Assembly: GCA_963674755.2 (NCBI GenBank) | Contig: CAXXVS010000001.1 | Span: 1,239,777 to 1,303,776, forward strand | Reading direction: 5' to 3' | DNA: 64,000 nt | DNA from: Desulfobacterales bacterium | Lineage (GTDB): Bacteria; Desulfobacterota; Desulfobacteria; Desulfobacterales; UBA5852 | Part shown: positions 11,154 through 21,782 of the stretch, piece after piece | How positions within the stretch are numbered: position 1 is the stretch's first letter | Layout of the letters: the number at the start of each line of letters is the position of its first letter | The notes under the pieces: generated by a model | What the model was told of the DNA's origin: nothing | The model's input: the letters and a program-made list of their open reading frames with translations, nothing else | The model's database searches: none | Position numbers and translations under genes: made by a program

Positions 11154-12468
11154 CGTTACGTACCTTTCATGCCCCAAGTCGATGTTTGGAACCGGCGGCA
11201 TCATGTCAGCCGCTTCTACTTTGCATCCACCCCTTTTGAGCTCCAGCCGGCGTTCCCGCGCTTTGGAAATCCTCGCCTTATCTCAGCAACGCCTTCGATT
11301 TCTACTTAACGGTGGCCTTGACCGGAACCGAAACCTACCGTCGTTGGACGGCACAAATCGCATGATTTAAACGAATTATTTATACCATGGTCCATAGGCG
11401 CTTCTCAAGAATCAATATCGTCGTGACCAACACTCGTGACCGCAATGCTTTATGCCGACCAACGGTCAATCATATGAATATTAAACGATTGTTTGGGAAT
11501 CTGAATGCGGCAACCATTTTGAAATCCTTCAAGTTGATTGACATGAGAGAAGCATATTTCATAGGTGGACCAAAATTCGGGCTAAACGATCCGGCCAAGC
11601 GTCTTGTTATGCATACGGATAGGGGAGTGGGTTGTCGGGTATGAACAATTTTTAACGCTGCTAATTATACTTAATAGGATATAATTAAATTTTATTATAG
11701 CTATATGCAGCCATTATACCCGGATCATCATAAAATGATGAACAAAATTTTCCAGGGGAGGGCCGATGGTATCGAAGAGGCGATTACTTTCGGCACACCC
11801 ACCTGTGTGGCCAGGGGACAGATGTAAAAAAGGGGGGGGCGCTGAAAGGCTGGGTGCCCAGGCGTGTCCTTCTGGGAGATTATCATGCCCCCCCCCTCAA
11901 CGCCCTGAAGACATGTGTATTACCGACATTCCCAAAAGTTTATAATAGATATCATATTGTTATCGCAGATAAATTTGGATAAAAGGGAGGTGGACCAAAA
12001 AAAGCAACAAAATTTGATGGTTGCTAATTAAAGGGGAGGGTGAAGCCCCCCCTCCTGCAATAAGGCCCTGGGCTAGGACGGTTTCTAATACCCCGGGGTA
12101 GGACCATGGCGTTGCCGGGGCTTCAATAAAAAGACACCGTGACAGGGGGGGATCCTGTGGGGGCGATTGTTTCAGCGGGTTCTACCTGCCGGTACCAGGG
12201 GAGGGGGGCATACGACCAGAGGGATAATCCTTGGAAAGGCAACAAGGGGCTGATGGCCCCCTGTGATTTCGGCGGTGGGGTACGTTGGACCATGGCTAAG
12301 GCAAGGCCAACAGACAGAACAGACAGTTGGAATTTATCCCGGTCCTGTTTTCGATCTTGTCAATCATGGGGTAGCAGCGCTACAGTATAAAGGTAAAATT
12401 CGCGTCCCCAGGTAAAGGGCCCGGCATGGGCAGGCCACATCAGCAACTCCATCGAAGCACTACAACAG

Positions 12469-13815
12469 ATGCCTGACAATATTACGATCATTGATGACGA
12501 GGTCGTTGCCCTCAAGAGGCTGCGCCGCATCCTGGAAAACCAGGGCCACCGGGTGGCAGCCTTTTCAAGCCCTCGACGGGCTCTCAAGCACCTTGAGAAC
12601 AATGCCTGCGACCTTGTGGTCAGTGATGTCAAGATGCCGGGTATGAGTGGATTCGAACTCATGACCCAAGTGCGCAACCGCTTTCCCGGTATGGAGTTCA
12701 TTCTTATCACAGGCTATGCCTCCCTGGACGATGCCGTAAGGGCCACCAAAGAGGGCGCTTTTCATTACCTGGCCAAGCCCTTTACCCCGGATCAACTCCG
12801 CGAGCGTGTGGCCCAGGCCCTGGAGCAATGCCGGCTCAAAAAAGCGGCGCAGCCCTCAAATAGTGCGCCAGCCGATCGCGGTATGCCCCTGATGATCGGT
12901 GACAGCGCCCAGATGAGGCTGGTCAAAGAAATGGTTCAGCAGGTTGCCCCCACCGCATGCAATGTGCTCATTACCGGTGATTCGGGAACAGGGAAGGAAC
13001 TGGTCGCGCGTATGCTCCATGGATTGAGTCCGCGTGCGAAGGGGCCTTTTGTGGCCTTTAATTGCGCGTCCCTGACCGAGTCCCTGATTGCCAACGAATT
13101 GTTTGGCCATGAGAAAGGGGCTTATACCGGCGCGCAAGACAGTCGACCGGGATTGCTTGAAATCGCTGACGGCGGCACGCTTTTCATGGACGAAATCGGG
13201 GACATGCCCCATGTCACGCAGGCCAAGCTGCTGCGCGTTCTCCAGGAGAAAGAAGTTATCCGGGTGGGCGGCACACGCCCTATTCCGCTGGATGTGCGTA
13301 TTCTGTCAGCCACCAGCAAAGATCTTAAAGTGGCCGTGGAAAACGGTGCCATGCGCAGCGACTTCTTTTTTCGCATCAATGTCTTCAATATTCACCTGCC
13401 TCCCCTGCGCGAGCGTCGGGAAGATATTCCTCTGTTGGTTTATCATATTCTCCACCGTTTGCATGGCCAGGGCAGCACGCGCATCAACGCGGTTTCGGCG
13501 CAGGCCCTGTCTCTGCTGGCCGGGTATACCTTTCCCGGCAATGTCCGGGAACTAGAGAATGTCCTGGAACGGGCGGTGGCGGTCTGCCGGGACAATATTA
13601 TTCGGGCTTCGGATTTGCCGCCGGACCTTGTAGAGCTGGACCTGCAGGATTACAGACGCCCTGAGGGAAACCTGATGACGCTGGAAGAGCTCGAACAGGA
13701 CTACATTGCCCACGTGCTGAGGCAAACAGGTGGTTTTCGCCGCCAGACGGCCGACATACTGGGGATTGATCGTGCATCACTATGGCGCAAGATGAAGAAA
13801 TTCGGTTTGGAATAG
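12469..13815 (+). CDS. Sigma54-dependent response regulator (NtrC family)
   Basis: REC domain, GDSGTGKE, ELFGHEKGAYTGA, FPGNVRELEN, Fis-type HTH. Confidence 0.95.
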   Translation: MPDNITIIDDEVVALKRLRRILENQGHRVAAFSSPRRALKHLENNACDLVVSDVKMPGMSGFELMTQVRNRFPGMEFILITGYASLDDAVRATKEGAFHYLAKPFTPDQLRERVAQALEQCRLKKAAQPSNSAPADRGMPLMIGDSAQMRLVKEMVQQVAPTACNVLITGDSGTGKELVARMLHGLSPRAKGPFVAFNCASLTESLIANELFGHEKGAYTGAQDSRPGLLEIADGGTLFMDEIGDMPHVTQAKLLRVLQEKEVIRVGGTRPIPLDVRILSATSKDLKVAVENGAMRSDFFFRINVFNIHLPPLRERREDIPLLVYHILHRLHGQGSTRINAVSAQALSLLAGYTFPGNVRELENVLERAVAVCRDNIIRASDLPPDLVELDLQDYRRPEGNLMTLEELEQDYIAHVLRQTGGFRRQTADILGIDRASLWRKMKKFGLE

Positions 13816-13920
13816 ACGATCGCCGGATGATGAACGGTCTATGTAAAACTCCTGGATCAGATGGCGCCGCATGATAGAAAATGATTGGTTTTTCCGATGA
13901 CCGTATTGTCGTCATCAAAT

Positions 13921-14035
13921 GTTCGCTTTTGCAACACCATGTTTGATATTGCAACCATTCATTCCTATTCATTCCTGCCGCTGATCTTTTAGCGCATTTG
14001 CCCGTAAAGCATGAGGCTATGTTGCATATTGCAAC
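13921..14035. promoter_or_regulatory. Three candidate enhancer (UAS) sites, consensus GTT-N6-TGCAAC
   Basis: GTTCGCTTTTGCAAC (13921), GTTTGATATTGCAAC (13941), perfect-arm GTTGCATATTGCAAC (14021); each preceded by AT. Confidence 0.65.
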
Positions 14036-14110
14036 CCTCCCTTCCGTTCCATCCTTCTGTATAGTTAAATAAATACAAATATTTCAATTAGATAATATTT
14101 TTATCCGATC

Positions 14111-14126
14111 TGGCAGACCATTTGCT
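14111..14126 (+). promoter_or_regulatory. Sigma54 -24/-12 promoter
   Basis: TGGCAGACCATTTGCT (GG-N10-GC), preceded by an AT-rich IHF-like tract, 28 bp before the ATG. Confidence 0.8.
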
Positions 14127-14154
14127 ATATCCATGCCCCACAGGTGGATGAACT

Positions 14155-14583
14155 ATGTTCCGAGATATCTTGATCATTTTTGACGGCCAGAAGATTTGCC
14201 CCGAGGCATTGACCTACACCAAGGAGCTGTCCGTGCGCATGGACGCCCGGGTGAGTTTCCTGATGTTGATCAACATGTCTTTTCTGGGGCGCTTTTTCTT
14301 GGATGCCAAACGCAGCGCCCTAAACCGGATCGAAGACCGCGCCGCTCATCTGCTGTCCGAGACGGCCGAAGCATTTATCCAGCAGGGGATTGAAATCCGG
14401 TCGGCTTTCCGGGTGGGCGAACCGGCTCAGGAATTGTTGAAGTTCCTGGCTGTTCACGCGCCGTTTCAAGCCATCATCTGGGGCAGTACGCCGGAGCTGC
14501 CGGGCAAAGGCCACTGGATTGCAAGGGCGTCCGTCAGCATGGAATGCCCGCTGATTTCGGTCAGCAAAAAGGAACGAACCTAG
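14155..14583 (+). CDS. Universal stress protein-like
   Basis: MFRDILIIFDG, RVGEPAQELL, IIWGS, CPLISV USP-like pattern. Confidence 0.75.
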   Translation: MFRDILIIFDGQKICPEALTYTKELSVRMDARVSFLMLINMSFLGRFFLDAKRSALNRIEDRAAHLLSETAEAFIQQGIEIRSAFRVGEPAQELLKFLAVHAPFQAIIWGSTPELPGKGHWIARASVSMECPLISVSKKERT

Positions 14584-14680
14584 CCATGGCCCAGGCGTAA
14601 CGATATCGTTAGAGAAAGATCGCATAAACAACGCGCTGTCGACCCGATGGCGACCACATCGACATAACCTGAAAAGCGGA

Positions 14681-16504
14681 GTGTTCATGGATCCTTTGAC
14701 AACTGACATGATTCTTGTGATGAGCATGATTTCTCTGGCGATTTTTCTTTTCATCGTGGAGTGGGTACGTGTGGATGTTGTGGCGATCCTGATGATGGTC
14801 AGCTTGCCGCTGTTGCATCTGGTAACGCCCAAGGAAGCCTTCGTCGGCATGAGCAGCAACGCCGTCATTTCCATCATCGCCGTAATCATCATCGGGGCGG
14901 GGCTGGATCGCACCGGGATTATCAACCGCCTGGTGAAGCCGGTGGTGCGCATTGCGGGCAAGAGCGCTTCGGGGGTGACCATCGCCATCTCGCTGACGGT
15001 CGCCATTATCTCCAGCTTTATGCAAAATATCGGCGCGGCCGCTCTGTTCCTGCCGGCCATCCAGCGCATCAGCAAAATGCAGCGCATACCCTTGAGCCGC
15101 CTGCTGATGCCGGTGGGCTTCAGCGCCATCTTAGGCGGTACGATTACCCTGGTGGGCAGCAGTCCCCTGATCCTGCTCAACGACTTGCTGGTGCCGTTCA
15201 ATTTGGAGCCGTTCGGATTGTTCGACGTGACGCCCATCGGCCTGGCATTGGTGTTCAGCGGCATCGCCTGCTTTATTCTATTCGGCCGCTTTATCCTGCC
15301 CAGGGGCGAAGAAGAGGGGGGCAAGGCAAGGCATGAAGGCGGAGACGCCGGGCACGGGGAGGACAACTGGGATTGGGGCGAGATGTACGAGTTGAGCACG
15401 CCGGAGGATTTTACCCTTTATCGGGATCCAGTGACGGTGAGGGATATTACGGTGCGCTATTTATGCAATGTGGTGGCCATGACCGAACCGCCCGATTTCA
15501 GGTCGATTTCCCCCTCGTTGGATATGCCGCTCCACTCCGGAATCGAAATCGTGGTCTATGGCCGCCGGGAAGATGTCGATCGCTTGGCCGCCCAAGAAGG
15601 CCTGACCCTCAAGGATCGCCTGGACACGTATAAAAACGACTTGGACGCCACTCAGTCGGGAATCGTTGAGGCGGTGGTTTCGCCACGATCCAATCTGGTC
15701 GGTAAAACCCTCCATGATGTCAATCTGAGAGACCGTTTTCGCATCAGTCCCTTATGCATTTATCGGCAGGAGGAACTCTACCGCGCCCAAATGAAAGATA
15801 TCCCGCTGCAGGTGGGCGACGTGATACGGCTCTTCGGTACATGGAAGCGCCTGAAAGTCCTGCAGCAGGAAGGCGGCCTTCTGTTTAGCATCCCGACCGA
15901 GATGGAATACATGCGCCCCGAAAAAGCACTGTGGGCCGGTCTCTGGCTGACGGTGGCCCTGGTCATGATTATGGCGTTTAAAATTCAACTCTCCGTTTCC
16001 CTGATGACCGGCGCATTGGGAATGGTTCTAACCCGTGTGTTAAGCATCGATGAAGCTTACAACTCGGTCGACTGGCGGACCATTTTTCTGCTGGCCGGCT
16101 TGATCCCCCTGGGCATCGCCACTGAAAAGTCGGGCACCGCCGCCTGGATCGCCCATGCGGTCCTCAATTTAATCGGAACGGTGTCGCCGATTACCCTCCT
16201 GGGCGTCATTGGCATTTTATCCACGCTTTTCACGCTGGTCATATCCAATGTGGGCGCTACGGTGCTCTTGGTACCACTGGTTGTCAACATGGCCGTGGCG
16301 GCGCATACTGACCCCCGCATGGCGGCTCTGGTGGTGGGGTTGGCCACGAGTAATTCATTTGTGCTGCCGACCCACCAGGTCAATGCGCTGTATATGGGGC
16401 CGGGCCGTTATCGGACCGTTGACTACATGAAATCGGGGCTGCTGGTCAGTATCGTGTTTCTCATCGTCATGATCGCCATGATTGCGCTGATCTATGGGGT
16501 GTAG
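14681..16504 (+). CDS. SLC13/DASS-family permease with TrkA-C domains
   Basis: RVDVVA, SSFMQN, ILGGTITLVGSSPLI, central RCK-C region, SNSFVLPTHQVNAL. Confidence 0.88.
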   Translation: MFMDPLTTDMILVMSMISLAIFLFIVEWVRVDVVAILMMVSLPLLHLVTPKEAFVGMSSNAVISIIAVIIIGAGLDRTGIINRLVKPVVRIAGKSASGVTIAISLTVAIISSFMQNIGAAALFLPAIQRISKMQRIPLSRLLMPVGFSAILGGTITLVGSSPLILLNDLLVPFNLEPFGLFDVTPIGLALVFSGIACFILFGRFILPRGEEEGGKARHEGGDAGHGEDNWDWGEMYELSTPEDFTLYRDPVTVRDITVRYLCNVVAMTEPPDFRSISPSLDMPLHSGIEIVVYGRREDVDRLAAQEGLTLKDRLDTYKNDLDATQSGIVEAVVSPRSNLVGKTLHDVNLRDRFRISPLCIYRQEELYRAQMKDIPLQVGDVIRLFGTWKRLKVLQQEGGLLFSIPTEMEYMRPEKALWAGLWLTVALVMIMAFKIQLSVSLMTGALGMVLTRVLSIDEAYNSVDWRTIFLLAGLIPLGIATEKSGTAAWIAHAVLNLIGTVSPITLLGVIGILSTLFTLVISNVGATVLLVPLVVNMAVAAHTDPRMAALVVGLATSNSFVLPTHQVNALYMGPGRYRTVDYMKSGLLVSIVFLIVMIAMIALIYGV

Positions 16505-16545
16505 GGCCGCATCCGCAAAATTCGACAGATCTATAAGGAGATTAC

Positions 16546-17358
16546 ATGGGGGTTATCACCATATCAAGAGGATCCTATTCCATGGGCAAGGCTGTTGCGG
16601 AGAAGGTGGCGGAACAGCTTGGTTATGACGTCGTCAGCCGGGATCTGCTCCTGAGCGCCAGCGAGCGTTTTCATGTGCCGGAAATCCGTCTCGTCCGTGC
16701 CATCCACGATGCGCCTGGCATTCTGGCGCGCCTGCGGCACAATAAGCAATCCTACCTGGCCTTCATTCAGGCTGCCCTGACCGAGCGTGTATGCCAGGAC
16801 AATGTGGTTTATCACGGGTTGGCGGGTCACCTGCTGCTTTGGCAGATACCCGGAGTGCTTAAAGTGCGCATTACCGCCGATCTGGAAACGCGGGTGGTCA
16901 ACGAGATGCAGCGCGAAGGGATCAGTGCCCAGGAAGCCCGCGAGATCATCATGGAGGACGACCACCAGCGCCGCAAATGGACCCAAAGCCTGCACGGATT
17001 CGATCCCTGGGACAGCAACTTGTACGACCTCGTCATTCGTATCGACCGGCTGACGGTCGATGATGCGGCGGATTTTATCTGCCGGGCGGCCCAACGCGAC
17101 GGCTTCCGAACAAGCGAGAAACTGCTCCAGACCATGAAAGATCTGGCCTTGGCCAGCCGCATCAAGGCCGAGCTGGTGGAGAATTTCCCCGCACTGGGCG
17201 TCAAATCGGAATACGGCAACGTCATCATTTACACCAAAGACAAAGGGCATGCCGGCACGGCGCTGCACAAACGGCTGGAAGCCATTCGCAAGACGGCCGA
17301 CGATATCTACAATTTGGAAGTCCATTCGGTGAAAAGCATTCCTCGGGAGGCGGTCTGA
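16546..17358 (+). CDS. Cytidylate kinase-like family protein
   Basis: VITISRGSYSMGKAVAE, YDLVIRID. Confidence 0.85.
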   Translation: MGVITISRGSYSMGKAVAEKVAEQLGYDVVSRDLLLSASERFHVPEIRLVRAIHDAPGILARLRHNKQSYLAFIQAALTERVCQDNVVYHGLAGHLLLWQIPGVLKVRITADLETRVVNEMQREGISAQEAREIIMEDDHQRRKWTQSLHGFDPWDSNLYDLVIRIDRLTVDDAADFICRAAQRDGFRTSEKLLQTMKDLALASRIKAELVENFPALGVKSEYGNVIIYTKDKGHAGTALHKRLEAIRKTADDIYNLEVHSVKSIPREAV

Positions 17359-17413
17359 TTTACACCGCAACATGGCGGACCGGTCTCTCGTACCGACGGA
17401 AAAGGAGAACATC

Positions 17414-18241
17414 ATGTCGATTATCATCGTATCTTCGGAAGTGATGGCGTCTGAGAAGCAGACCGCGCAGGCCGTGGCCGAAGCGGTGGGCTACGAATTG
17501 CTGGGGCCGGAAATCCTGGACGATATCGCCGCCCACAACGATCTCGCGGCCGACAAGCTGGCCGCTTCCTTGAGCTGCAGTCCCTCGCCGTGGCGGCGCG
17601 AAGCCAACAAACGCTGGCTCCGCTATCTGGCCAGCATCGAGGCCGGGGTCCTCGATCGACTCAAAGCCGATAACATCGTATGTTGGGGCCTGGCAGCACA
17701 CATGTTTGTCCGGGGTGTTTCCCATGCTTTGAAAGTCCGACTGCTTGTGGATGAACAGCAAGAGGCGAAACAAATTGCCGAAGCGCAGGGCATTTCCGTC
17801 AAGAAAGCTCTAAAATCGTTGGAAAATGAAAAGCGCAATTGCGCACAGTGGTCAGCAGCGGCTTTCGGTCGCAATGAATCCGATCCGGCCATGTACGATC
17901 TGGTGATCAACCTGAGCCAAATCGATCTCGATGAAGCCGTACGCACCATTTCCAGTGCTGTCGGCTACCGCAAGTTTCAACCCATGACGTATTCTATGAA
18001 AACGTTGGCCGAGGGGGCTCTGGCGGCCCGGGTCAAAGCCCGATTGTTAGCCTCCATGTCGGATGTGCAGGTCGAAGCCAGTGATGGGCGTGTGAAGGTC
18101 ACCAGCAAAGCCATGAAACGGGAGCGGCAGAAGAAGGCGGCGGCCATCAAGGCCATGGCCGGCGAGGTGGAGGGGGTCGAATTTGTAGAGGTGCATTTGA
18201 TCAATTACGTGATTCGCGCGGCGGCGGAAAGTTTTCGTTAG
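17414..18241 (+). CDS. Cytidylate kinase-like protein (degenerate P-loop) with BON-like C-terminus
   Basis: Paralog of the previous gene (ALKVRL, YDLVINL); AAGGAG RBS. Confidence 0.8.
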   Translation: MSIIIVSSEVMASEKQTAQAVAEAVGYELLGPEILDDIAAHNDLAADKLAASLSCSPSPWRREANKRWLRYLASIEAGVLDRLKADNIVCWGLAAHMFVRGVSHALKVRLLVDEQQEAKQIAEAQGISVKKALKSLENEKRNCAQWSAAAFGRNESDPAMYDLVINLSQIDLDEAVRTISSAVGYRKFQPMTYSMKTLAEGALAARVKARLLASMSDVQVEASDGRVKVTSKAMKRERQKKAAAIKAMAGEVEGVEFVEVHLINYVIRAAAESFR

Positions 18242-18294
18242 CCTGCCCATCGCCACGGCGCATGACAACGCCGCTAGCCACCAAGGAGGTTTCC

Positions 18295-18705
18295 ATGTCT
18301 GAAAAACTACAGGTATTGCTGCTGGACGATGAACCCATCGTGGGCAAACGGCTCGGACCGGCCCTGGTCAAGATCGGTTGCGAGGTGGAGGTCTTCCAGG
18401 AACCCCTCTCGGCCCTGGCGCGGTTGAAGCAGAAGGACTTCGACATCGTCGTGACCGATATCCGCATGGAGGAGATGGACGGGATGCAGGTGCTGGAATA
18501 TGTGAACGCGTCGTCCCCCCGCACCAAGGTCATCATGATTACCGGTTATGCCATGATCGCCCTGGCGCGGGAGGCGATGGAGAAGGGGGCTTTTGACTTC
18601 ATTGCCAAACCCTTCAAGCCGGACGATCTGCGCCGCGTCATTGCCCGAGCCGCCCAAGAGCTGGGGACCTCCGTCGATTTTACACCGGCCGGGGAAACGA
18701 TGTAG
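18295..18705 (+). CDS. Response regulator receiver
   Basis: LLLDDE, TDIRM, KPF; AAGGAGG RBS. Confidence 0.92.
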   Translation: MSEKLQVLLLDDEPIVGKRLGPALVKIGCEVEVFQEPLSALARLKQKDFDIVVTDIRMEEMDGMQVLEYVNASSPRTKVIMITGYAMIALAREAMEKGAFDFIAKPFKPDDLRRVIARAAQELGTSVDFTPAGETM

Positions 18706-18740
18706 AATAGCGGCATCGTAAACATTTCCAAGGAGACACC

Positions 18741-20315
18741 ATGTCCCAGGATGACTCGGAACCAGGGCCGCGCGCACACAAGGCGGATGCCGGCAACAAC
18801 ATCCGTAAAGTCTATGACCAGATGGAGATCATCGAAGCAGCCCGGCAAGCGCTTCTGGCCCGCAAACCCTTCAGTGTCAAAACGCAGATTTTTGTCAACA
18901 ATGCGCTGGTCTTCATCCTCGTCTTAGGCGTGGCCTGGGTCCTGATCGCCAACATCTACCGCATCCAGAGCCGGTTGCAGTTCCTTGAGTTCGTCAACGA
19001 GTTTTCCATCGAAATCCAGCAGGCCCGGCGCTATGAAAAGAACTTTTTCCTCTACGGCACCAATCTCGATGACGCCCTGGAGAACATCAGCCTGGCCAAG
19101 TCTATTTTTGCCGGTAACGCCGACCAGTTTGCCTCCATCATGGGAACCGGCCAGCAGCAAAACGTGCGCGTCAAATTGGACACCTATGAGCGTTTGCTGA
19201 TGGAGCTGAAAGACATTCAGCGCCGCGATGGGGCCAAGCTGAAAGACGAGCGCTTCATGGGGCAGATCGAGAACCAGCTACGCGAATACGGCAAGGACAT
19301 TGTTACCACCGCTCAGGGGCTGATGGGTAAGGAAAAAGTAGCCCTGGCCAGGACCCTGCAGCATTCCCTGATGATCCATATGATTTCACTGGTGGTGCTG
19401 CTCGTGGTTTTGATGATTAACGCCTACCTTTTGGTGGGACGCATCGTCACCATCCTGACACGCTTTTCCTCCTACGCCCAACGCATCGCCGACGGCGATT
19501 TTACACCGATCACGCCCAGCCGCCAGTACCGGGACGAATTTACCCAACTGGCGCTTGCCATCAACGAGATGATCAAGCAGATCGCCAACCGCGAAGCGGC
19601 CCTTGTGCAGATCCACAAGATTCGTGCCATCGGCACCCTGACGGCCGGCGTGGCCCATGAGTTGAACAACCCCATGAACAATATTTTGTTAACCACCCAC
19701 ATGCTCATCGAGGACAACAGCACCCTCTCGGAGAGTGAGCGCCTGGAAATGCTGCAGGATGTGGTCGACGAAACGGGAAGGGCCAAAAATATCGTTGGCA
19801 ATTTGCTCGATTTCGCCAGGGAAAGCGCCTCGACCATGGAAACCCTGGACCTGGAAAAACTCTTGCAGGATACCATCCGGCTGGCCGAAAACCAGGTACG
19901 CATGTCGGGGATCAAGATCGAGTTGCAGGTGACGGAAAACCTGCCTTCCATTCACGGCGACGGCCAGAAACTGCAGCAGGTATTTCTCAACCTCATCCTC
20001 AATGCGGTCGACGCCTCGTCCAAAGGCAGTAAGATCCAGGTCATCGCATTGCCCCATGGACAGTCCGACCAGGTGGCCATCAAGGTGGTGGACTATGGGC
20101 ATGGCATTCCCAAACATGTCCTGCCGTCGATTTTCGATCCCTTTTTCACCACCAAGGCCAAGGGCAAAGGCACCGGCCTGGGGTTGAGCGTTTCCCAGGG
20201 GATTGTCGCCAAGCACGGGGGCAAAATCGCGGTCAGCAGCGAAGAGGGCAGCGGCACGGTTTTTACTGTGAGTTTGCCCGTGACCACATTTCCGAAAAGC
20301 ATCCATACTTTCTAA
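18741..20315 (+). CDS. Membrane sensor histidine kinase (HAMP, HisKA, HATPase)
   Basis: Two TM segments, AHELNNP, NLILNA, DYGHGI, FFTTK, GTGLGL. Confidence 0.95.
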   Translation: MSQDDSEPGPRAHKADAGNNIRKVYDQMEIIEAARQALLARKPFSVKTQIFVNNALVFILVLGVAWVLIANIYRIQSRLQFLEFVNEFSIEIQQARRYEKNFFLYGTNLDDALENISLAKSIFAGNADQFASIMGTGQQQNVRVKLDTYERLLMELKDIQRRDGAKLKDERFMGQIENQLREYGKDIVTTAQGLMGKEKVALARTLQHSLMIHMISLVVLLVVLMINAYLLVGRIVTILTRFSSYAQRIADGDFTPITPSRQYRDEFTQLALAINEMIKQIANREAALVQIHKIRAIGTLTAGVAHELNNPMNNILLTTHMLIEDNSTLSESERLEMLQDVVDETGRAKNIVGNLLDFARESASTMETLDLEKLLQDTIRLAENQVRMSGIKIELQVTENLPSIHGDGQKLQQVFLNLILNAVDASSKGSKIQVIALPHGQSDQVAIKVVDYGHGIPKHVLPSIFDPFFTTKAKGKGTGLGLSVSQGIVAKHGGKIAVSSEEGSGTVFTVSLPVTTFPKSIHTF

Positions 20316-20394
20316 TGCAAATCCAAGAAAGCTGGGGAGACGCAGCTCGACCTCTGGTCCCAGTAAAATGATATTCACGCACCCTATGCCGTAA

Positions 20395-20426
20395 AAAGGC
20401 CCTGCCAGCAAGCTGGCAGGGCCTTT
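20395..20426. terminator. Intrinsic terminator hairpin
   Basis: AAAGGCCCTGCCAGC-AA-GCTGGCAGGGCCTTT between convergent genes. Confidence 0.8.
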
Positions 20427-20644
20427 CATTTTGGATCCCTGCGGACAACCTTGCCCCGCTTTGGCTATATGCCCAGAGGGAAATGGCATTGACCGATTAT
20501 AGCGATAGCCGATCTTTCTGTCCGGAGAGAGACGTGTTACCAATGGGGGTTAAAACCCACCCGACATGGAGAAATTCTAAATCCACTGTTGACGCTTAAA
20601 ACGCGAAATACGTGTCGGGTGTAAAATGACCCCATTAGTAACTG

Positions 20645-21772
20645 CTATAGGTCATCCAACTTGCGCCAGGCCTGTCGTTTCGTCAATCGCTTGACCGCAT
20701 TCCAGGCCTCCCGCGATCGGGCCTGCAGGTCAAGCGTCCCGGTTTTCTTCTCCCAGTTGCCGACCGTTACCGGGCTGACGCCGAGAAGCCTTGCGAATTC
20801 ACTGCGCGACATGCCGAAACGATCCCGCAATCCGGCAACGGTCTTGCCGGTAATGGGACGCGTACGGCGATCAGATTGCGGTATGGTTTTGACCGAGGCC
20901 TTGGGGGGGACGGATGTCTTCTTGACTTGCGCCTTATGTCGTCCGGTTTGTGCCGGGCGCTTCCCTGTTCGCTTAGCCGCCGAAGTAGACGTTTTCTTTC
21001 GTTTGGTGGCCGTTTTCTTCCGTCGTGAGGCGGGCCTTTTCTTGGCGGGAGCCGCATCTTCCGCCATCTCGATGCCGAACACATCCGTCAGGGCCTCGTT
21101 GGCGATGCGCCGCCGGCCGCTTTTGGTTCCCGTAGCAGAGGCCGTTACAGCGGCTTCAGTATTGATCAGCTCTTCATGATCCACGCCCCGCAGCAGGAAA
21201 AGTAACTCCGGTGCCTGGTCAAGCCTTGCGCCCACACCGTAAAGCGCGGCCGCCACATGCTTGCACATGACGGCCCAGTCAGGGCAGCTGCACTCCAGAT
21301 GGATCTCTTTGGGCAGGGGGAAGAGCCCCTTGGCACGGTCGGTCACGACGGACATCACATTTTCGGAGAGCCGGCCCTGCAGCAGTTCCAGAAGCGAGCC
21401 GATCTGACCGGCGCATCTTTTTTTCACCGCGTGCCATTTTTTCCGGGGCAACGCCTTGATGGTGATTTCCACCGTGTAGATCTCGGAGCCGCTGACCATG
21501 GCGCTGATCCGGCCCTTTTCGATATCCAGGTGGCACACCGATCCGTTGCGCACGTAAGTGCGGCCGCGGGGCAAGCGGTTGTCGTAATCGCTGAACGATT
21601 CCAGATGATCGCACCAGGCCTGACCCCAGAAAGTGTGCGTAATCTTGCGGCCTTCGATTTGCACCGGCTTGATCACGTGGCCCTTTTTGCGCAGCTGCGC
21701 CATTTTTTTCAAAGCATGTGCCCGGCGCATGGCCACCTTAACGTAAGGTTTGAAACCACCATACCAGCTCAT
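20645..21772 (-). CDS. SWIM zinc-finger protein with basic linker and C-terminal XRE HTH
   Basis: RLPRGRTY, CSCPDWAVMCKHVAA SWIM motif, K/R-rich linker, LRDRFGMSRSEFARLLGVSPVTVGNWE. Confidence 0.88.
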   Translation of the reverse strand: MSWYGGFKPYVKVAMRRAHALKKMAQLRKKGHVIKPVQIEGRKITHTFWGQAWCDHLESFSDYDNRLPRGRTYVRNGSVCHLDIEKGRISAMVSGSEIYTVEITIKALPRKKWHAVKKRCAGQIGSLLELLQGRLSENVMSVVTDRAKGLFPLPKEIHLECSCPDWAVMCKHVAAALYGVGARLDQAPELLFLLRGVDHEELINTEAAVTASATGTKSGRRRIANEALTDVFGIEMAEDAAPAKKRPASRRKKTATKRKKTSTSAAKRTGKRPAQTGRHKAQVKKTSVPPKASVKTIPQSDRRTRPITGKTVAGLRDRFGMSRSEFARLLGVSPVTVGNWEKKTGTLDLQARSREAWNAVKRLTKRQAWRKLDDL

Positions 21773-21782
21773 CAAGAGGCTC

